A model generated the notes under the pieces. The model worked only from the letters and a program-made list of their open reading frames with translations, made no database searches and was not told the DNA's origin. A stretch of DNA of 64,000 nucleotides from a phage. The translations under genes and the position numbers were made by a program. Below, piece after piece: positions 54,534 through 64,000 of the stretch (positions are counted from its first letter, which is position 1; each line of letters starts with the position of its first letter). The DNA lies in sequence record PZ171035.1. One strand, given 5' to 3'.

Positions 54534-55736
54534 TTACAGAGGAGCAACAGTCTTAATCAGAGCCAGACGTTCTGGGCGTTTAACCAGGATACCATAGTAC
54601 CACTTGATAGAACTGAATCCAGTTTCACCATACGGGTCATTACGGTCAGCAGTTTCTTTACCAGGCATCTTAGTCATGATGGTGAACTTAACAGACTTAC
54701 CATCAGTCTGGAAGCCAATGGTAGAGAAGGAATCATCACCAACTACCAGCATCGGGAATACGTCGTAGTGCTCCTGACCAGATACCATAGAGGTACGATA
54801 ACCTGGGTTAGTACCAACCTGAGCACCAGCACCTGCCCAATGCAGCATCTCAGGAACCTGGATAATACGGAACTTATCAATACAACCGATTTCACCATTC
54901 ATCAGTGTACCAGCATCAGCATAGTGCTGAACTTCGATGAATGCTTTGTTACCAAACAGGTCCTTCATCGCTTTCAGTTCTGGAACCAGTTCAGAACCAA
55001 CGTACATTACACGAGTACCACCGAGCACTTTGGTATCAGTAAGTTTAGAACCAGTGATGATAGTAGTCTGAGTCGGAGTACGGTTCTCAGTAAGAATCTG
55101 GTCAAGACGCATCAGGTTCTTATAAGAAACTACAGACGGGGTAGCACCTTCACCAGTGATGGTAGCATCGGAGGTAGCAGCACCTGCATACAGTACAGTA
55201 CCAGCAGCAGCCAACAGGTCTTTCTGGAGAACAGCTTCAGTCAACTGTACAGCACCGTTCATCAGTTCACGAGACAGGTGTTCTTTCAGTTGATCATCAG
55301 AATCAAAGTCCAGAGACTCTTGAGTAAATTCATAGAAGAAACCGAACTTATGGATGGAACCTTCACGAGACAGACGGGTAAAGCCTACACGGTTAACACG
55401 ACCACCGTTCTCTGTCAGCAGAGGCAGTTTAGAGGTGATATTACCAACGTCTCTGGAAGAACCATACAGGTTACCGTTAACGATGGTAGCACCATTAGCA
55501 TCAATACCCTGGTCGTTGATGTTCTTATAGTCAAGCAGCGGAACGTACTCATACACCTTAACAGTCTTACCGTAGTTCTTCGGCATGTTAATGGTGTTGG
55601 CCAGTGGCATGAAGTACTGGTCTTTACGGGACTGAATAATAGCTTTCTTCAGCCAGTAATAGGTATTCATCTGGTCGGAACCAGCACCATCAATGCTAGA
55701 TTTCTGGCCGTCAATTGGGGCGTTATAGTTTAACAT
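54534..55736 (-). CDS. major capsid protein (N4 gp56-like; size/position call)
   Basis: 400 aa (N4 MCP about 401 aa), HK97-fold-like composition, followed by strong hairpin, located between portal and vRNAP-proximal virion genes. Confidence 0.7.
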   Translation of the reverse strand: MLNYNAPIDGQKSSIDGAGSDQMNTYYWLKKAIIQSRKDQYFMPLANTINMPKNYGKTVKVYEYVPLLDYKNINDQGIDANGATIVNGNLYGSSRDVGNITSKLPLLTENGGRVNRVGFTRLSREGSIHKFGFFYEFTQESLDFDSDDQLKEHLSRELMNGAVQLTEAVLQKDLLAAAGTVLYAGAATSDATITGEGATPSVVSYKNLMRLDQILTENRTPTQTTIITGSKLTDTKVLGGTRVMYVGSELVPELKAMKDLFGNKAFIEVQHYADAGTLMNGEIGCIDKFRIIQVPEMLHWAGAGAQVGTNPGYRTSMVSGQEHYDVFPMLVVGDDSFSTIGFQTDGKSVKFTIMTKMPGKETADRNDPYGETGFSSIKWYYGILVKRPERLALIKTVAPL

Positions 55737-55752
55737 ATCATCTTATTCCTGT

Positions 55753-56973
55753 TTAAAGACTACCCGGTACTGGGAGTTTAGCGAAATCTTCATCACTCAT
55801 AGCGAGTGGGTTTACAATAGGCGTTGCTTTACGTGTAGCAGCCCGATTAAGGGAAGCTGCTTTAGCTTGCTCACTATTAGCCAGAGTCTGCTTAGGTTGT
55901 GCTACACGCACTACCGGCTGAACTACTGGTTTAACTGCTTGTACCGGTTCTGGCTTAGCCACTCGGTTAAATGCCCCTTGTTGTGCAAGGAGGTTACCGA
56001 CGTGGTTATATGCCTGAATGAACGGAGTACCTACCGGAATCTGGCCTAACATCTGAAGACGGTTCACTTCGTTTGCAATGGTGTCATAAATACCATTCTC
56101 ACGTTGTTCGTGAATAGTCTGGAGTAGGCCACGATTCTGGTAAAGAGCATCTTTACTGGCAGCATCCCATGTCGAGCCGATAACACCTAATGTAGCTTGT
56201 CCTTCTTGAGTAGACTTTAAGTCGTCAATTTCGGTTGCAAAATCTGCTTCGGTGTCGGTAACACGGTGATTGCCACCCTGGTAGTTAATTTCCTCATCTG
56301 GGTTAAAGTCCAGAGGATCTGTACCAGAGTCTTTGAGCAACTTCTTAATGGCTTCAGGATTCTTTTTATCCAGGTCAATCAGGAAAGAAAGTTTGTCCTC
56401 ATCCATTAAACCGTTGTTCTGTAACATCAGCATTACCTTACGGTAAGGCTTTAGTTCTTGCATCTTACGAGTATAGTTAGCACCCATCTGCATCAGGCTA
56501 ATGGCCTCCTCCGGTGAACGGGGAGTAATCACTTTGCCGTTAGCTTTAAAAGGAGCCATCAACTTTTCGTAACTTTCCTTATAGTTGAAGTCAGCAGGCA
56601 GACCTTCAGACTGTTTGCCTTCTTCTTCCTGTTCCTGGCCTGGTTCAGTAGTAGAAGGTTCAGCTTTAGTAATCGGCTCGCCGTTACTATCAACTTCTGT
56701 GTCAACAACTTTATCATCAACTTTATCAGAAGTTAAAGGATTTGCTGAATCTTCTTCGTCAGGTTCGGCTTCTGGGGAGGTTTCTTCGGTTGGTAGGTCT
56801 TCAACAGCAGGGGTGTTAACTTCTTCATCAGGAGTCTGTACGCCGTTGGTTTCTGGGTTGTTCTGAGTGGAAGTATCTTCCTCAGCAATAATAGCTGGGG
56901 CTTCCATATTCAGAATCTCATCATCCGACATTGCGAGAATGTCGGAAGCTGTGGTTGCAGCTTCCGTAGTCAT
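55753..56973 (-). CDS. head assembly/scaffold-like acidic protein (tentative)
   Basis: 406 aa with very acidic Glu/Asp/Thr-rich N-terminal third; sits between portal and capsid genes. Confidence 0.4.
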   Translation of the reverse strand: MTTEAATTASDILAMSDDEILNMEAPAIIAEEDTSTQNNPETNGVQTPDEEVNTPAVEDLPTEETSPEAEPDEEDSANPLTSDKVDDKVVDTEVDSNGEPITKAEPSTTEPGQEQEEEGKQSEGLPADFNYKESYEKLMAPFKANGKVITPRSPEEAISLMQMGANYTRKMQELKPYRKVMLMLQNNGLMDEDKLSFLIDLDKKNPEAIKKLLKDSGTDPLDFNPDEEINYQGGNHRVTDTEADFATEIDDLKSTQEGQATLGVIGSTWDAASKDALYQNRGLLQTIHEQRENGIYDTIANEVNRLQMLGQIPVGTPFIQAYNHVGNLLAQQGAFNRVAKPEPVQAVKPVVQPVVRVAQPKQTLANSEQAKAASLNRAATRKATPIVNPLAMSDEDFAKLPVPGSL

Positions 56974-56992
56974 AGGAAATATCTCCGGTTAA

Positions 56993-57337
56993 TTATTCGT
57001 CTTCAGGTTCAGCACGAACTGCGTCGAGTTCTTCTTCCACCTGTAGAATAACGTCAGCTTCGTTTTCGCCCATACGAATAGCGAGATCGAGCCAACGACG
57101 TAAGTGACCAGCAGCTTGAGCCATGTTCAATGCATCTGCACGGTTATTGGCTTCAAGCAGTGGGTCACCAGACTCCTGCACGTAACGTGCACAATCTTCC
57201 GTACAGAACTGGCGAAGGATTACTTTACGGAACAGTGGATTCTCCAGAAGTTTACGTACATCTTCTGCGTGTGCAACTGCACCTTTAGCAGCTTCCAGTC
57301 GATGTTCCAGTCCAGCGATTGTTGATTCTTTACTCAT
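56993..57337 (-). CDS. hypothetical protein
   Basis: 114-aa ORF between portal and scaffold-like genes. Confidence 0.4.
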   Translation of the reverse strand: MSKESTIAGLEHRLEAAKGAVAHAEDVRKLLENPLFRKVILRQFCTEDCARYVQESGDPLLEANNRADALNMAQAAGHLRRWLDLAIRMGENEADVILQVEEELDAVRAEPEDE

Positions 57338-57350
57338 GTGAAGGTCTGCC

Positions 57351-59621
57351 TTACAGGTTCATGCCAAGAGCCGATGCTGGGTCTTGGCTAGGGTCATAGT
57401 ATTGAGAACTGAGTGAATAAGCCGGGTCTTGCTGAGCAGCTAAATCACGTTCTGGTATAGAGTTCCCGTTAGTCAAAGTATTATATCCAACAGCTGCAGA
57501 TATGTTGGGGGTAGTTTCCCCTTCTTTAATAGGTGTTGTCAATGCCTTAGTTATCTGAAGGTTCTGGTTTCCTTGAGATTGTGCTTTTTGTTTTTCCATA
57601 TCACGAGCATGTTTAGTACCAGATTCCTGTTCCAGATAATCCAGGTCTTTAAGGTCACCAGCAGAAGCAGCCTCTTTAGCCTTAGCCATATTGAGTGTAA
57701 TCTTGCTTTGTAACTCTTCATTCTCAAGCTGTGCTTTCTGAATCGCCAATTGTTTAAGCTGTTCTTCCATAGGGTCCGGTTGTGGTTGCCAAGTACGTAA
57801 CTCATGAGCCAGGTCAGGCATACGTTTAAGTTCTGCAATTTTAGCTACGAGAGATAACGTAATAGTCTGGTCAACCGTATTACCAAGTGTTTGAACCATG
57901 AAGCTCAAGTCCTGAGACTTCTGGTTATCAATTTCAGCAGTGTTAATATCAACCTCAATATCGAAGTTACCTTTAAGGTCTTCTCGGTTAATTTCTACAT
58001 ACTGCTCGTTAGTAATACGTACTACTTCCTTCTCAGATAAGAACACAGCATTCATTGCACAAATCTTAGTACCAATGTCTGCCATGCCTTTAGCTAATCG
58101 ACGAAGGATTGCCATCTCACGTTTGGATGCTGCATCAAGTGCACCACGAATACCAGCAGCCACATCTCCATAAGCTGAACCAGTTACACCACCTGAGAAT
58201 GCTTTAACACCAGTTAGTGATTCTGCTTCCTGGTTTTGCATCTGGGTCATTACTATTGCCGACTGAGGTAATTCAGGGAACTTATGTTCCATAATGGCCT
58301 GACTAGGATTGCCCTGCATTGGGTTGTATTCATAGTCCTGCCCATCATCGTATCGACGACGGTTCAGTGTATCCAGCATTCCTTTAGGATAACCACGTTG
58401 ACCATTTGCACTTCGACCCAACAGGTCAATCATCCCACGCATAGTTGCACCAAGAATTGCTTGGTTATCCCCTAACAGTTCAGCATCAGCTTCACCAAAG
58501 AGTTCACGTTTACGTGGCATGTAAGGAACAACTACCAAAGGCAACTTACCATCCGGGAATGGGTTCTTCTCCATACGAATAAGGGTAGAACCAATCCAGG
58601 TAGCAACAATTGGTTCCAGAGAACCATCATCATTGATGTCGTAAAATCCCCAGTATTCATAGGCAACAACTTTCTTACGAAGTGCATCCTTAAACTGGAA
58701 GTCACTTGGAGTTTTACTTTCATGGTCTGGGTCAGTCATAGGACTGGAACTTTCCCAGTCAATCTTATCTAAATTGTGATAACGGTCCTTGTTCTTCATG
58801 AGGTCTGCTTTACATGTCTCAAAGGAGATAACTGCATACAGAGCCTTATCCAAATCACCATTACAACTTGGGTCAATGACTACGTTATTAGGGTTAAGCA
58901 TTTCAACAGTAGGTCTGTTAACCAGTGCTTTCTCTACTTCTACTTCTGTAACTCCAGTCTGGATTGCATAGGTAGCTTCTCCAGTTTCATTGAAGTAGTT
59001 AACAGCTTCCTTAATATCTTCCGGCATTGTTTCATCGTACTCACGAGGATTCTCTGCCTGAAGCTGTAAAGCTTGTTGGAGAACATCTGCCTGTTCCTGG
59101 TTCTCAATTGGATACAACTGGAAGACTGGTGTTTCTGTTTTAATCTTAACAGTCTTACGTTCCCAACCAATACGAGCGATACCAGTACCGTCATCTACGA
59201 CACTGTGTACGTAATCATCTATCAGTTTCACTTTATTAAGCTGGGTACGGAATTGGTAGTTAAGAACTAATTCATTCTGACGTGCAGCTAACTCATCTTC
59301 ATAAGTAACAGGAGTTACTTTAAAGAGCTTATTAGACGATAGGAATGGTTCAGACAATGGAGCATATCGCCACTCTGCCTGACGGCGAACCAGTCTGGGT
59401 TGGACTTGTGAACGTCCCTTAACCTTTGGGGGTTTAGCCTTACCTTTGACTTCCATCAGGTCATTCCACTCACGAATCTGAGCCATGATTGCATCATGAG
59501 CAGGTTTAGCTGATTCCAAATCACCTTTCAGTAATTGGATACTTGGTTCCTTCTTCCAGTCCGTTAATTTCTCTGATTGAGCCGGGTCTGGTAAAGGCTT
59601 AAAAGTGTCTTGGTGTTCCAT
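57351..59621 (-). CDS. portal protein (N4 gp59-like; size/position call)
   Basis: 756 aa (N4 portal about 760 aa), upstream of scaffold-like and capsid genes. Confidence 0.6.
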   Translation of the reverse strand: MEHQDTFKPLPDPAQSEKLTDWKKEPSIQLLKGDLESAKPAHDAIMAQIREWNDLMEVKGKAKPPKVKGRSQVQPRLVRRQAEWRYAPLSEPFLSSNKLFKVTPVTYEDELAARQNELVLNYQFRTQLNKVKLIDDYVHSVVDDGTGIARIGWERKTVKIKTETPVFQLYPIENQEQADVLQQALQLQAENPREYDETMPEDIKEAVNYFNETGEATYAIQTGVTEVEVEKALVNRPTVEMLNPNNVVIDPSCNGDLDKALYAVISFETCKADLMKNKDRYHNLDKIDWESSSPMTDPDHESKTPSDFQFKDALRKKVVAYEYWGFYDINDDGSLEPIVATWIGSTLIRMEKNPFPDGKLPLVVVPYMPRKRELFGEADAELLGDNQAILGATMRGMIDLLGRSANGQRGYPKGMLDTLNRRRYDDGQDYEYNPMQGNPSQAIMEHKFPELPQSAIVMTQMQNQEAESLTGVKAFSGGVTGSAYGDVAAGIRGALDAASKREMAILRRLAKGMADIGTKICAMNAVFLSEKEVVRITNEQYVEINREDLKGNFDIEVDINTAEIDNQKSQDLSFMVQTLGNTVDQTITLSLVAKIAELKRMPDLAHELRTWQPQPDPMEEQLKQLAIQKAQLENEELQSKITLNMAKAKEAASAGDLKDLDYLEQESGTKHARDMEKQKAQSQGNQNLQITKALTTPIKEGETTPNISAAVGYNTLTNGNSIPERDLAAQQDPAYSLSSQYYDPSQDPASALGMNL

Positions 59622-59623
59622 AG

Positions 59624-60130
59624 TTATTCCTGTTCAAAAAGTTTACGGTCAGCCTGAATCTGTTTACCCAACTCAATTAGTTGGCTGTCACGGAGTCTAA
59701 CAGTTGCCCGGAGTTCTTCAACCAAACGTCTGCCTTCTTCAAGACTGTTGTCGAGTCTGGCTGCATGGCTTGCAAGACTTCTGCACTCAAAGGTTCCGGC
59801 TTCGGCTTGACGTTTATATACCGATGCTCGTCTTTCAGACTGTTGCATCCGGCTGTCGTAATCACTGCTAACGCGAGCAAGCTCGCTTGCGTAATTACTC
59901 TCAGCCGTCTGCAACCGGGAAGTGAGTAACCCGACTTCATAACTATGGTTTCTTTGGAGAGCATTGTATTTGTCCTGTAATTTTTGTGTTGCCTTTTGGT
60001 CTTCAATCTTTTGGTCATCCCATTTCTTTTGAACAGTAGACTGTCCATTGGAGTTACCCCAAAAGTAAATGGTGGCCCCGAGGACCACCACCAGAAGATA
60101 AGGCCAACCCTTAGAGATTAGCATCTTCAT
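59624..60130 (-). CDS. i-spanin (Rz-like): N-terminal TM anchor + coiled coil
   Basis: ORF 59624-60151; from [24 protein letters not shown] (TM) followed by charged coiled-coil region; immediately downstream of endolysin. Confidence 0.5.
   Translation of the reverse strand: MKMLISKGWPYLLVVVLGATIYFWGNSNGQSTVQKKWDDQKIEDQKATQKLQDKYNALQRNHSYEVGLLTSRLQTAESNYASELARVSSDYDSRMQQSERRASVYKRQAEAGTFECRSLASHAARLDNSLEEGRRLVEELRATVRLRDSQLIELGKQIQADRKLFEQE
59677..59940 (-). CDS. o-spanin (Rz1-like) lipoprotein embedded in the Rz frame
   Basis: Alternative-frame ORF wholly inside the Rz gene; [32 protein letters not shown] has signal peptide + lipobox-like TAGC; Pro-rich mature part. Confidence 0.4.
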   Translation of the reverse strand: MKSGYSLPGCRRLRVITQASLLALAVITTAGCNSLKDEHRYINVKPKPEPLSAEVLQAMQPDSTTVLKKADVWLKNSGQLLDSVTAN

Positions 60131-60731
60131 TACATGCCTCCAGTGGCACATTGCCTATTCGGTTAGCTACCCAACCATACGTAAAGTCTGGCATGTTTAA
60201 TGAGGTGTAGTGGTTCAGTTGTTTGGCATCAAGTAGCTTAATCATTACCTGACATGCTGCAACTTTGCCTCGTTTTTTCTGTAATGCTTTATATGCATTA
60301 ACAGTACTTACACCGACTTTACCATCAACCTGTATTTTAGGGTAGTCTTTGCCATTGCGAGACATCTGCAACCACTTAGCCGGGCGAGTTACACCAGTGT
60401 TAACACCAGCGTCAACCAGCTTATGTGTTACAGCAGGAGATATATCAGCGAAGGCTACGAAGTTAGGCTTAAGAACGTAGTCATCAATGTATATCTCAGC
60501 AGCCATCTCTTTGGATAAACCTTTCATAGAACCATCCCAACCATACTCAGTAGCCAAAACTTCTTTATGAGATTTAGCTACCGATTGGGTAATACCATGA
60601 TTGGTTTCGCCACCTGGGTCACGGGGATTGTTTACATAACCCCCTTCCATATAGAACACTGCCCCCAGGATAGCAGCGATAACCCCTCCCACTGCACCAC
60701 CTTTCGCAGCAAGTTTCTGTTTAGCTTTCAT
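60111..60731 (-). CDS. SAR endolysin, GH108 N-acetylmuramidase-like (N4 gp61-like)
   Basis: 206 aa; N-terminal Gly/Ala-rich signal-anchor-release-type helix KGGAVGGVIAAILGAVF; GH108 motif EGGYVNNPRDPGGETNHGIT. Confidence 0.75.
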   Translation of the reverse strand: MKAKQKLAAKGGAVGGVIAAILGAVFYMEGGYVNNPRDPGGETNHGITQSVAKSHKEVLATEYGWDGSMKGLSKEMAAEIYIDDYVLKPNFVAFADISPAVTHKLVDAGVNTGVTRPAKWLQMSRNGKDYPKIQVDGKVGVSTVNAYKALQKKRGKVAACQVMIKLLDAKQLNHYTSLNMPDFTYGWVANRIGNVPLEACNEDANL

Positions 60732-60981
60732 GTGAATCTTCCTTTGGTCGGAATCGTACCAATCTGCCTACGATGTTTAAGGCAAACAGTGCAATTGCAA
60801 TATTGGAACCATGGGGAATATCTTCCAGGATGTGACGGGGTAATCCTGTCAGCATTGGTTGGATAATATCTATAGCAGAAAACAAAATTAAACCTAATGT
60901 ACTAATCTGAACGGATGCCCACTTCCAGCATCTTTTCCAGTTAGGTACTAACTCTACTTTTCTTTTTAGCCTGCGAACCAT
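60721..60981 (-). CDS. putative holin (two TM helices)
   Basis: ORF 60721-61047; internal ATG 60981; two hydrophobic helices (ISTLGLILFSAIDII, IAIALFALNIVGRLV); adjacent to endolysin. Confidence 0.45.
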   Translation of the reverse strand: MVRRLKRKVELVPNWKRCWKWASVQISTLGLILFSAIDIIQPMLTGLPRHILEDIPHGSNIAIALFALNIVGRLVRFRPKEDSHES

Positions 60982-61295
60982 GCGAATATCTCCCGTCTTG
61001 CAGCAGCTAATACACCAATAATTGCACCTGTCCCAGCCCACACCCACTTACCGAAAATTCCAGCACCAACAACTTTATGCTTAATGGTGATGAACTCTTC
61101 AATAGTAGGTTCATTCTTAGCTAAGCTATCCTCCACATTTTTTAGTCTATTACCTATGTCATTGATTGAATCCCGTAGTTCTGACAGAGTCTCCTCCAGT
61201 TTCTCACGGTCTTGTCTGTCTCTTGTCTGGTTCTCAAACAGAGTCTTCAATCGTTCCTCCAGTCTGACTAGGAGCAGTTCACCCGATTCATTCAT
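60966..61295 (-). CDS. lysis-associated membrane protein (coiled coil + C-terminal TM; holin/antiholin candidate)
   Basis: 109 aa; charged coiled-coil N-terminus, C-terminal hydrophobic GAGIFGKWVWAGTGAIIGVLAAA. Confidence 0.4.
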   Translation of the reverse strand: MNESGELLLVRLEERLKTLFENQTRDRQDREKLEETLSELRDSINDIGNRLKNVEDSLAKNEPTIEEFITIKHKVVGAGIFGKWVWAGTGAIIGVLAAARREIFAWFAG

Positions 61296-61513
61296 AATAT
61301 TACCGTAGTTGTGTAGTTAGAATCCCCAATAGGGTCATATCATAAGATGACTCTTAGATAATACTTAGTAAGATGAGGTACATCCAGACATAGTGTCTGA
61401 TATCAGCTCATGGTGGGTGGTATTCAGTTGGGTATGTTTAATATATCCGAGTAAGTAATTACCCTAACAGCAGTATCAATTAGGGTAATGCAAACAGTAA
61501 ACTCTATATAAGA

Positions 61514-61536
61514 AAAGGCCCGTTCGGGCCTTTGTT
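61514..61536 (-). terminator. intrinsic terminator after tailspike gene
   Basis: Minus-strand reading AAAGGCCC-GAAC-GGGCCTTT followed by TCTTATAT. Confidence 0.6.
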
Positions 61537-63447
61537 TTAGTTAGAAATCTGATACGGAATGGTAACCCGCACACCAAACGTTGCTGCCTGGCTCCATGTG
61601 TTCGTCAAATGGACTCGCAGTTTATTGCTTGATATTTGTTCTAATTGTATCTGGCATTGAGCTGTAGCAGCACTTCTTGTTGTAACAAAGGCCAGTGCTT
61701 CTGATATTTTTACAGGGTCAGTATACGTTATATCTTGGTAGGTATTCACACCAGCTACTACCGATGAAAACGTCAATGTATCGTTTTTAACGTTATTAAA
61801 CGCCACAGACCGCTTACCCGGAACCACCATAAACCCGGATGCCACGGTAGACGTTATTTCAGTGTTATTTGGAGTCAGAAAAGGGCAGCTCAATACACCG
61901 GAACCAGCAGTAGTATTATAATGAGTATCTATGATCGAAATCGTAGTTATACGAAGAACAGATAATGGAACTTGATGTGATAACCAGTCAGACTCCATCA
62001 GCTTCGCTTTGAACTCAAGGTGATTAACAGCCCACGCATCAATGGCGATGACGACGTTTTCTAAACCTTTCAGGTATATAGTACATGACGAATCGAAAAG
62101 TAAAGACCAGGCTGTTCCGGATACGATACGAGCGTAAGCGTACTTATTGTAATACGGATCACTTGGGGTTGCAGCATTTCCGCGTGGAGTTAAACCGTCG
62201 TATATTGACTGCGTATCAAAGTTCTCAAAGTAACACCCGTGGAACCCAAAGTTCTGATACCGCATATATGCAGCAGTATCTGAACCTACAATATAGTTCG
62301 TGAAGTTCTCGAAAGCGCAACCAAAGAAATTAATTGGCCCATTACCAGCAGAGCCAGTCATCGGGAAAAATCTATTAAACGCTGCGGCACGACAACCAAA
62401 GAAGGAGGCGTTATAAGCTTGGTCAATTCCAACACAATCTTTACATGCCAGCCATTCCGTCTGATGGAATTTACTATAAAAACCTCCTGCGACAGAAAAT
62501 GGTAGGGCCAACCCCATAAATGTTACAAACGACGTCTGGATTGAACCGCCTGCACTGTATAACCCTTTTTGGGTTCCTATAACCCCCATAGAATAGGCTG
62601 GGATGCCTTTTACCAGTACATCCTTAAGGACAATATCCGCCTGTGTGCAAGAGATAGCATAATCATCGGCAACGTTACAGTATAATTGACTATGCGTGCT
62701 GGTGGGCACTTTGTTTGTCATGATTCCGGAATAACCACGTATCTCTAACCGACGCCCTGTGAATGTGACTTGATTGTCAAGGCGCACAATACTTCCTGGT
62801 GGTATGGTTATGATAACGTGGGTAGCATCCGAGTTTAGTATTTGCTGGATGGCGGCGGAATCGTCTGCCACCCCGTCGCAAACTGCCCCGTACATTTGCG
62901 GGGTAACGGTAAAAATTCCATCCTGAACCGTTCCGCCCTGCGAAATACTAACCATAGACGCACCGGTGGAGGAAGCCAATTCATCTCTCAAATTGGGGTC
63001 GGTCTGTGGCTTCCAGTCCACATTACCAACAGGGTTGATTCCTGAGGTAATTGTTACAGGTAAAGAACCTAAGTAGGTGTAACCTATGCCATTATGGAAC
63101 AATAACTCATTTCGTGTATTCACTACCAAACCAGTAGCAAACGAGTCGGATAGGCTCACGAACTCTCTACGTGTAGCAGCCAGTTCACCCAAATCAATTG
63201 TGCCTGCTGAATGATCCAGGACTGCATGTTCATTGAGGCTTACAGCAGTAGTTCCTGCCGGAAGTACAGGTAATGAGTAAGCACGCTGGGTAGATTTATC
63301 ATAGATTACTTTGTAACCACCTAAGTCTACACCTACAGAAAAGTAGACCACCTCATTCTGCTTAACACCAAACTTACGGGCAATTGCTTGCTTGTTGGTA
63401 AGAATACCAGTAGAGCCTTTACCACCTTGTGAGAATAACTCGTTCAT
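61537..63447 (-). CDS. tailspike / receptor-binding protein with pectate-lyase-like beta-helix (candidate depolymerase)
   Basis: 636 aa; MYGAVCDGVADDSAAIQQIL resembles the N-terminal cap motif of pectate_lyase_3 beta-helix domains; terminators on both sides. Confidence 0.55.
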   Translation of the reverse strand: MNELFSQGGKGSTGILTNKQAIARKFGVKQNEVVYFSVGVDLGGYKVIYDKSTQRAYSLPVLPAGTTAVSLNEHAVLDHSAGTIDLGELAATRREFVSLSDSFATGLVVNTRNELLFHNGIGYTYLGSLPVTITSGINPVGNVDWKPQTDPNLRDELASSTGASMVSISQGGTVQDGIFTVTPQMYGAVCDGVADDSAAIQQILNSDATHVIITIPPGSIVRLDNQVTFTGRRLEIRGYSGIMTNKVPTSTHSQLYCNVADDYAISCTQADIVLKDVLVKGIPAYSMGVIGTQKGLYSAGGSIQTSFVTFMGLALPFSVAGGFYSKFHQTEWLACKDCVGIDQAYNASFFGCRAAAFNRFFPMTGSAGNGPINFFGCAFENFTNYIVGSDTAAYMRYQNFGFHGCYFENFDTQSIYDGLTPRGNAATPSDPYYNKYAYARIVSGTAWSLLFDSSCTIYLKGLENVVIAIDAWAVNHLEFKAKLMESDWLSHQVPLSVLRITTISIIDTHYNTTAGSGVLSCPFLTPNNTEITSTVASGFMVVPGKRSVAFNNVKNDTLTFSSVVAGVNTYQDITYTDPVKISEALAFVTTRSAATAQCQIQLEQISSNKLRVHLTNTWSQAATFGVRVTIPYQISN

Positions 63448-63470
63448 AAATACCTCTTTGTTTTTCTAGT

Positions 63471-63492
63471 AAAAACCCCTCCGGAGAGGGGA
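63471..63492 (-). terminator. intrinsic terminator between tail genes
   Basis: Minus-strand reading CCCCTC-TCCG-GAGGGG followed by TTTTTACT. Confidence 0.55.
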
Positions 63493-63500
63493 ATATTTAA

Positions 63501-63989
63501 TTAGCTTGCAATATACACGCCTGCATTAGTATATCCACTCAGTACTCTTGTTTTGAAAGTTGTATCAACAGTACTCGATGCAGGAGTAGTTCCAAGAACA
63601 CAGGATTGAATTCGACCGACAACCTGAACACCGGAACCAAAGTCAGTACCCATAGTAGTATCAGGGGAAGCGATAGGTTTATCAGAATGCGAGTCCCAAC
63701 GAAAAACACATCCAACAAAGTCAAACAAACCAGATCGGTATGTAGCCCCTGATCCTCCCACACCAAATAACTCACAAGATGTGAATGTTATTTTATTGTA
63801 CGAGGTGTTACCTGTACGTGTAACAGCATTATCAAAAAAACCCTTGTTCATACGTTGGTTACTAACAGCAATAGTCATATCAGTCCAAGCAGAAGTACAT
63901 GGAATTACATGAGCACTGCGTTCAATATGAATTTCCTGTTTAGTACCATACGAAGTAAACTTGAATCCATCCACACGAGCAGCATTCAA
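63501..63989 (-). CDS. tail fibre/structural protein, C-terminal part (gene probably continues beyond the window)
   Basis: ORF reaches almost to the window edge; Thr/Ser/Gly-rich beta-type composition; terminator directly downstream. Confidence 0.35.
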   Translation of the reverse strand: MNAARVDGFKFTSYGTKQEIHIERSAHVIPCTSAWTDMTIAVSNQRMNKGFFDNAVTRTGNTSYNKITFTSCELFGVGGSGATYRSGLFDFVGCVFRWDSHSDKPIASPDTTMGTDFGSGVQVVGRIQSCVLGTTPASSTVDTTFKTRVLSGYTNAGVYIAS

Positions 63990-64000
63990 CGAATCCTGGT

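Noticed and set aside
54026-55733. Plus-strand ORFs of 160 and 472 aa (54026-54508, 54315-55733) opposite the major capsid gene
   Set aside because: Antisense to a strongly supported structural gene, Ser/Thr/Val-rich low-complexity translation, no RBS; the 472-aa length reflects absence of stops in the antisense frame.
1-64000. Integrase, repressor or attachment site indicating a temperate phage or prophage
   Set aside because: No tyrosine/serine recombinase or CI-like repressor gene was recognisable; the content (vRNAP, RNAP II, rII-like genes, lysis cassette) fits a strictly lytic N4-like phage.

Overview
The window looks like a contiguous piece of an N4-like (Schitoviridae-type) lytic podophage genome, annotated by eye from the sequence and the ORF track with no database searches run. 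Coordinates 1-33330 carry a plus-strand early/middle module: many small early ORFs, a two-subunit T7-like RNA polymerase II, a nucleotide-metabolism set (dCTP deaminase, ThyX, MazG-like), rIIA/rIIB-like genes and a replication set (Dda-like helicase, family A DNA polymerase, PD-(D/E)XK nuclease, primase-like protein, SSB, RuvC-like resolvase). Coordinates 37378-64000 carry a minus-strand late module: a 3450-aa virion RNA polymerase, virion proteins, major capsid protein, portal, a lysis cassette (embedded Rz/Rz1 spanins, SAR GH108 endolysin, holin) and a beta-helix tailspike. Between them (about 33330-35900) is a roughly 2.5 kb gene-free, hairpin-dense region with four tRNA-like modules, repeated motifs and a tmRNA-tag-like mini reading frame; this is the most unusual part of the window. 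Other notable items are an AAA+ ATPase gene split by an insertion carrying an HNH-AP2 homing endonuclease (candidate group I intron), a second homing-endonuclease-like gene between the RNAP II subunit genes, an early DUF4326 + macrodomain pair (candidate ADP-ribose-directed counter-defence) and a DUF2829 (Tad2-like) protein with an N-terminal extension. Some start codons in the ORF track are TTG/GTG, so several starts were moved to internal ATGs with a ribosome-binding site; starts, RNA coordinates and terminator coordinates are approximate.
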